Below are positions 60,015-64,000 of a stretch of DNA of 64,000 bases, piece after piece. How positions within the stretch are numbered: position 1 is the first letter of the stretch; each line of letters opens with the position of its first letter. The position numbers and the translations under genes were made by a program. The DNA is from an uncultured Acidobacteriota bacterium (GTDB taxonomy: Bacteria > Actinomycetota > Acidimicrobiia > Acidimicrobiales > SHLQ01), in NCBI GenBank assembly GCA_963738445.1, contig CAVTWS010000024.1, forward strand, positions 178,439-242,438, written 5' to 3'. The notes under the pieces are model-generated. The model was not told where the DNA came from, made no database searches, and worked only from the letters and a program-made list of their open reading frames with translations.

Positions 60015-61778
60015 TCAGCTGGCCCGCACCGCGCTGGCGCGAAGGTCCGGCCAGAGGATGAGGAAGGGGACGGGGGTGAACTGGGCGACCCGGTCGGTGT
60101 CGATCGCGGCGGTGAGCGAACCGAACAGCAGGAAGATGCTCAGCGCGTCCTCGCCCATGATCTTGGCTTCCAGCTCGTGCCAGAGCTCGGTGGTACGCGG
60201 ATCGCTGTCACTCAGCGTGTTGAGCTCGGCGACCATGGCGTCGATCTCGGGATCGACGTAGTTGCAGGTGTTGCCACGCACCGCGCCGCTCCACTGCCCG
60301 AACTCACCCCGGTTGGCACCCCAGGCGGGAACGAGTCCCAGGCCCGGCTGCTGGGCGGTGAGGAAGTCGTCGACGTAGTTCGGCGACGGGATGATGTTCA
60401 GCGTGACGCCGACATCGGCGAACATCTGCTGCACGACCTCGGCCACCGTGGGCATCGGTTCGGCCTGGATGACGTAGAGGTCGACCTCCAAGCCGTCGCC
60501 GTACCCGGCCTCGGCGAGGAGCTCACGAGCGCGATCGGGGTCGTACTCGGTGGTGACGTCCGGGTTGTCGAACTGGTGGCCCTCCGGCCAGAGACCGGTC
60601 ATGGGGCTGGCCAGGCCGTTGTAGGCCACCTCGTTGAGCGTGTCGCGGTCGACCGCCAGGTTCAGCGCCTGCCGGACCAACACGTCGTCCAGCGGCGCGT
60701 CGCGCTTGCAGGTCATGAAGTGCACGGCCCGGTCCTGGCCGGGGAGGACGAGGAGCTGGTCGTCCTCGAACTGCGCGGCCTGGACGGCGTCGATGGTCCC
60801 CACGTCGATCTGACCGGACCGGATGCCGTTCGTGACCGAGACCGGGTCGACGGTGTGCACGACCTCGAGACCGCCGAGGGTCACGGACTCGGCATCCCAG
60901 TACGAGGGATTGGGCTCGAAGGACATCGACTGCTCCGGCCGCCACTCCGTCAGCACCATCGGACCCGCGCCGATCGGGTTCTGGTGGTCGGTGTGGCCCG
61001 GCTTCATGATCATGGTCTCCCACGAACCCATGAACGTGTCGTGCCACGCCGCGGCGGCGCCGGCTCCGATGTTGAGCTGGACCTCGGTCGGGCTCACCAC
61101 CTCGATCGTCTGAAGGTTGAAGTACGCCTCGATGAAGGCGGCCGGGTCGCCGTCGGTGAGCAGCAGCTCGAGGCCGGCCTTGACGGCGTCGGCATCGAAC
61201 GGTGTGCCGTCGGAGTACGTCAGGCCCTCGCGCAACGTGATCAGGATCGTGGCGTCGTCGACGATCTCGACGTTCTCGGCGAGATCAGGGACCATCTCGC
61301 CGGCGGCCGTGCGGCGCAACAATCCGCCGTAGACCGTGTAGAGCATGCCGACGTCGGTCAGGTTGCCGGTGATGGAGGTGAGGTCGAAGGTGATCCCACC
61401 GGCGCGACCTGAGGAGATGAGGTCGTAGCCGATCCGCAGGACGCCGTCCGGGTCCGCTCCTTCGGGCAGACCCTCCGCCACGGCGACCGCGGTGGTCGTC
61501 GTCGCGTCAGTAGCGGGCTCCGACGACGGCGCGGTCGAGTCACTCGGTGCCTCGTCGGGGACGGCGTCAGAGGCCGTGTCTCCGGTGGTGTCGGAGACGG
61601 TGTCGCTGTCGGAGACCGCGTCACCCGTCGCGTCGTCGTCATCGCCGGCGCACGCACCGGCCACGAGGGCGAGGATGCCGACGAGTGCGGTCACCACCTG
61701 CACACGGCGTCGCCTGGTGACGTCGCCACGAGTCGACGGGTCGAAGTCGAACCTTGCCACGGCTTCCTCCACGGTCAA
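60015..61778 (-). CDS. ABC transporter substrate-binding lipoprotein, family 5 (peptide/nickel).
   Basis: RRRRVQVVTALVGILALVAGACAG signal/lipobox. An intact 587-aa ORF. Confidence 0.85.
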   Translation of the reverse strand: MTVEEAVARFDFDPSTRGDVTRRRRVQVVTALVGILALVAGACAGDDDDATGDAVSDSDTVSDTTGDTASDAVPDEAPSDSTAPSSEPATDATTTTAVAVAEGLPEGADPDGVLRIGYDLISSGRAGGITFDLTSITGNLTDVGMLYTVYGGLLRRTAAGEMVPDLAENVEIVDDATILITLREGLTYSDGTPFDADAVKAGLELLLTDGDPAAFIEAYFNLQTIEVVSPTEVQLNIGAGAAAAWHDTFMGSWETMIMKPGHTDHQNPIGAGPMVLTEWRPEQSMSFEPNPSYWDAESVTLGGLEVVHTVDPVSVTNGIRSGQIDVGTIDAVQAAQFEDDQLLVLPGQDRAVHFMTCKRDAPLDDVLVRQALNLAVDRDTLNEVAYNGLASPMTGLWPEGHQFDNPDVTTEYDPDRARELLAEAGYGDGLEVDLYVIQAEPMPTVAEVVQQMFADVGVTLNIIPSPNYVDDFLTAQQPGLGLVPAWGANRGEFGQWSGAVRGNTCNYVDPEIDAMVAELNTLSDSDPRTTELWHELEAKIMGEDALSIFLLFGSLTAAIDTDRVAQFTPVPFLILWPDLRASAVRAS

Positions 61779-61929
61779 ACCGAGCCCACATGCGATCGCA
61801 CCCGGGCGGATGCGGCGAGCCTACGTGACGTGTGACAGAGGGCACCAAAGCTGGGGGGCGGGTCAGCCACTGGACCGATGACGGCGTAGGTTCGGGCCCT
61901 CCCCGCTCCCACGGAGCTCAACAAGGACG

Positions 61930-62697
61930 ATGATCATGTTCGAAGGTGTCGAGAACTTCCGAGAACTAGGCGGCCTCCCGACGACCGATGGCCGCACGGT
62001 CCGCTCGGGCTCGCTGTTCCGTTCCGGCCACCTCGGCGCCGCGACCGACGGCGATCTGGCTCTGCTCCGCACGTTCGGGGTGGCGGTCATCGTCGACTTC
62101 CGCAACGACGAGGACCTGGCCGCCGACGGTTTGGACCGCGTGCCCGACGGCGTGCGCCATGTTCGCGCCCCTATCGGCGACGACGCCGGGCGCACCTCGT
62201 CGATCCGCTCGATGATCGCCGACGGCGGCTCGCTCGAGGAGCTCCTCGGCGATGGGCGGGCCCGGCAGATGGTGATCGACGGATACCGGCGCACCGCCGT
62301 GGCCGCCTGGTGCGTCGAGGCGTATTCCACATTCGTGGAGGAGCTGAACGCCCACGCCGGATCACCGGTCCTGTGGCACTGCAGCGCGGGCAAGGACCGG
62401 GCCGGTTGGGCCGGCTGTGTGGTGGCACTGGCGCTCGGCGTTGAACGCGACGCCATGATCGACAACTACCTGGAGAGCAACGTCCACCGCAAGGTCGACG
62501 AGGTGCTGGCCCAGTACGGCCGGCGGGGTGTCGATGCCGAACTCCTGCGCCCGTTCATGGAGGTGAGGGCCGAGTACGTGGAGGCGTCGATCGCCGCCGC
62601 CGAGGGAGAGTGGGGCTCGCTCGACGCCTACCTTCGCGACGGCCTGGGCCTGACGGACACGGCGCGGGCTCAGCTGCAGGACGTCTACCTGGTCTGA
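61930..62697 (+). CDS. Protein-tyrosine/serine phosphatase (CX5R active site).
   Basis: VLWHCSAGKDRAGW and the N-terminal NFRELGG motif. Confidence 0.8.
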   Translation: MIMFEGVENFRELGGLPTTDGRTVRSGSLFRSGHLGAATDGDLALLRTFGVAVIVDFRNDEDLAADGLDRVPDGVRHVRAPIGDDAGRTSSIRSMIADGGSLEELLGDGRARQMVIDGYRRTAVAAWCVEAYSTFVEELNAHAGSPVLWHCSAGKDRAGWAGCVVALALGVERDAMIDNYLESNVHRKVDEVLAQYGRRGVDAELLRPFMEVRAEYVEASIAAAEGEWGSLDAYLRDGLGLTDTARAQLQDVYLV

Positions 62698-62712
62698 TCC
62701 GTCCGATCGCTC

Positions 62713-63960
62713 TCAGTCGGCGTGCAACGCTTCGGCGATCGCTTGCGGGGTCGGGCGGAAGGCGCCCATGGCGCTCTCCACCGCGACCTCGTGGAGCTCA
62801 CCGGTCCACGGGAACGGGCACGTGTAGTCGTCGCACACCGGGAACCCGCTGTCCTCACCGATGTTGAACGCGGTGCCGCCGTGCTGCCACGCGAACGGGG
62901 TCGCCAGGGCTGACTCGGCCTCGCCCACGATGTCGCCGTCGACGGCGATGCTGACCGCGGTGCCGCCACCGGGGGCGGGCGCCAACCGACCGACGACTTC
63001 GTGGGCGCCAGGCTCGAGAGCGTGGCTTCCGTGGGCCACCGTCTGCTCGCTCCCGATCGTCACTGCGAACGCGGGCCGGCCGTCGACCACGAACAGCCCG
63101 AAACCGCTGTTCCAGTCGCCCAGCGCGGCGAGCACGCCCTCGGCGCCGCCGTCCGGCACGACGACTCGGGCCGACACCGTCCCTCCCCCGAGGCCGACGA
63201 GCGGGATCATGTCATCGCGCACCCGGCTACCACCGGGGCGGTACACCGCCCGACCGGCCCGCGGGTAGGGCGGGAACAGGAGGTTGGCCGCGGCAGCGAC
63301 CAGGCTGTCCTTCAGGGGCAGGACGTTGTTGCGTTCGGCCTCGGCCTGCCACAGCGTCTCGAGCTCGGCCAGCACCCCGGGGTGCTCGGCGGCCAGGTCG
63401 TGCGCCTCGGCGAAGTCGTCGTCGAGCTTGTAGAGATGCCATACGTCGTCGGCGAACTCGCGGCTGCCCGACAGCAGGCGTTCCTCGTCGGCCACGCCCT
63501 GGGACACGTGGTTGGTGGTGGCCTTCCACTCGCCGCGGATGATCGAGCGTGAGCCCAGCATCTCGAAGTACTGCACCAGCCGCGGCGTCGGCGCGTCAGG
63601 GTCGGTGAACGATGCCGCCAGCGAGCCACCGTCGACGTGCTGCTGGGGGATGCCGTCGAGGATGTCGGGCAGCGGCACGCCACAGGCGTCGAGGATCGTG
63701 GGCATGATGTCCACGATGTGGGCCATCTGGTCGCGCACCCCGCCAGCGTCGGCGATGCCGTCGGGCCAATGGACGATGAGCGGGCTGCGGGTCCCTCCGA
63801 GCCACGTGTATCGCTTCCATAGATGGAACGGCGTATTGCCGGCCCACGCCCAACCCCAGGCGTAGTGGCTATAGGTGCGGTCGCCGCCCCAGTCGTCGAC
63901 GTGCTCGAGGTTGCCGGCCACCGACTCGGGGAGCCGGTGGGAGAAGCGGTGCTCGTTCAC
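62713..63960 (-). CDS. Arylsulfatase (sulfatase family), C-terminal roughly 415 aa. The 5' end lies beyond the window.
   Basis: The ORF is open to the window edge. Sulfatase C-terminal domain similarity and a stop at 62713. Confidence 0.75.
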   Translation of the reverse strand: MNEHRFSHRLPESVAGNLEHVDDWGGDRTYSHYAWGWAWAGNTPFHLWKRYTWLGGTRSPLIVHWPDGIADAGGVRDQMAHIVDIMPTILDACGVPLPDILDGIPQQHVDGGSLAASFTDPDAPTPRLVQYFEMLGSRSIIRGEWKATTNHVSQGVADEERLLSGSREFADDVWHLYKLDDDFAEAHDLAAEHPGVLAELETLWQAEAERNNVLPLKDSLVAAAANLLFPPYPRAGRAVYRPGGSRVRDDMIPLVGLGGGTVSARVVVPDGGAEGVLAALGDWNSGFGLFVVDGRPAFAVTIGSEQTVAHGSHALEPGAHEVVGRLAPAPGGGTAVSIAVDGDIVGEAESALATPFAWQHGGTAFNIGEDSGFPVCDDYTCPFPWTGELHEVAVESAMGAFRPTPQAIAEALHAD

Positions 63961-64000
63961 GGTCCCGAGCGTTCCCCCCTCGGCACTGGCCCCGTTGTCG

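Overview
This is a 64-kb, roughly 70% GC chromosomal segment that is almost entirely protein-coding. Its gene content points to a high-GC Actinobacterium. The pointers are three F420/deazaflavin-dependent enzyme families, two ArsR-SRPBCC(AHSA1) modules, an AddAB/AdnAB-type helicase-nuclease pair, a DUF2786 protein and vapBC. Working from the sequence alone I place about 54 genes.

Gene content, left to right:
- A frame-broken metallophosphoesterase and a PEP-utilising enzyme.
- A membrane protein converging on a CBS-DUF1918 protein, then an SDR.
- An ATGA-coupled polytopic membrane protein and GT2 glycosyltransferase pair, then an HD-GYP phosphodiesterase.
- A lipid/CoA-metabolism-like block: an LLM F420 oxidoreductase, two SDRs and a tandem-domain CaiB/BaiF CoA-transferase.
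- An Fbp-type iron ABC importer with upstream CMD/AhpD-like and PPOX-F420 genes.
- Several small enzymes: CBS, VOC, alpha/beta-hydrolase and a DUF385 F420H2 reductase.
- A secreted protein with three DUF5979/Cna-B-like domains.
- A coxMSL-type molybdenum hydroxylase operon beside an amidohydrolase, a Tat esterase and a 690-aa flotillin, bracketed by two ArsR-SRPBCC pairs.
- A badly frame-broken addB/addA-like pair.
- The oxidative pentose-phosphate genes gnd-zwf-pgl, with a 27-bp in-frame tandem repeat at the gnd/zwf junction.
- A Liv-type ABC system with unusual fusions (MFS-LivF, LivH-LivM-LivG).
- A frame-broken lipoprotein, vapBC plus a nucleotidyltransferase, a His-rich DUF2786 protein, an Opp system with an OppC-OppD fusion, a PTP phosphatase and a partial arylsulfatase.

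I found no rRNA, tRNA, CRISPR array or mobile element.

A major caveat is that at least 25 genes or gene segments need a +/-1 frame change to stay in frame with their conserved motifs. The breaks are unevenly spread and are densest in addAB. Assembly indel noise is the simplest explanation, but genuine decay of addAB cannot be excluded.

The observations I rate highest are:
- the MFS-LivF and LivHMG fusions;
- the 27-bp repeat that extends the Gnd C-terminus;
- the palindromic ArsR operators (TCAACC-N-GGTTGA twice; ACCTACAAC-N5-GGTTGTAGGT);
- the direct-repeat pairs in two promoter regions;
- a terminator-like hairpin in the leader of the secreted-protein gene;
- the possible second toxin-antitoxin-like pair next to vapBC.
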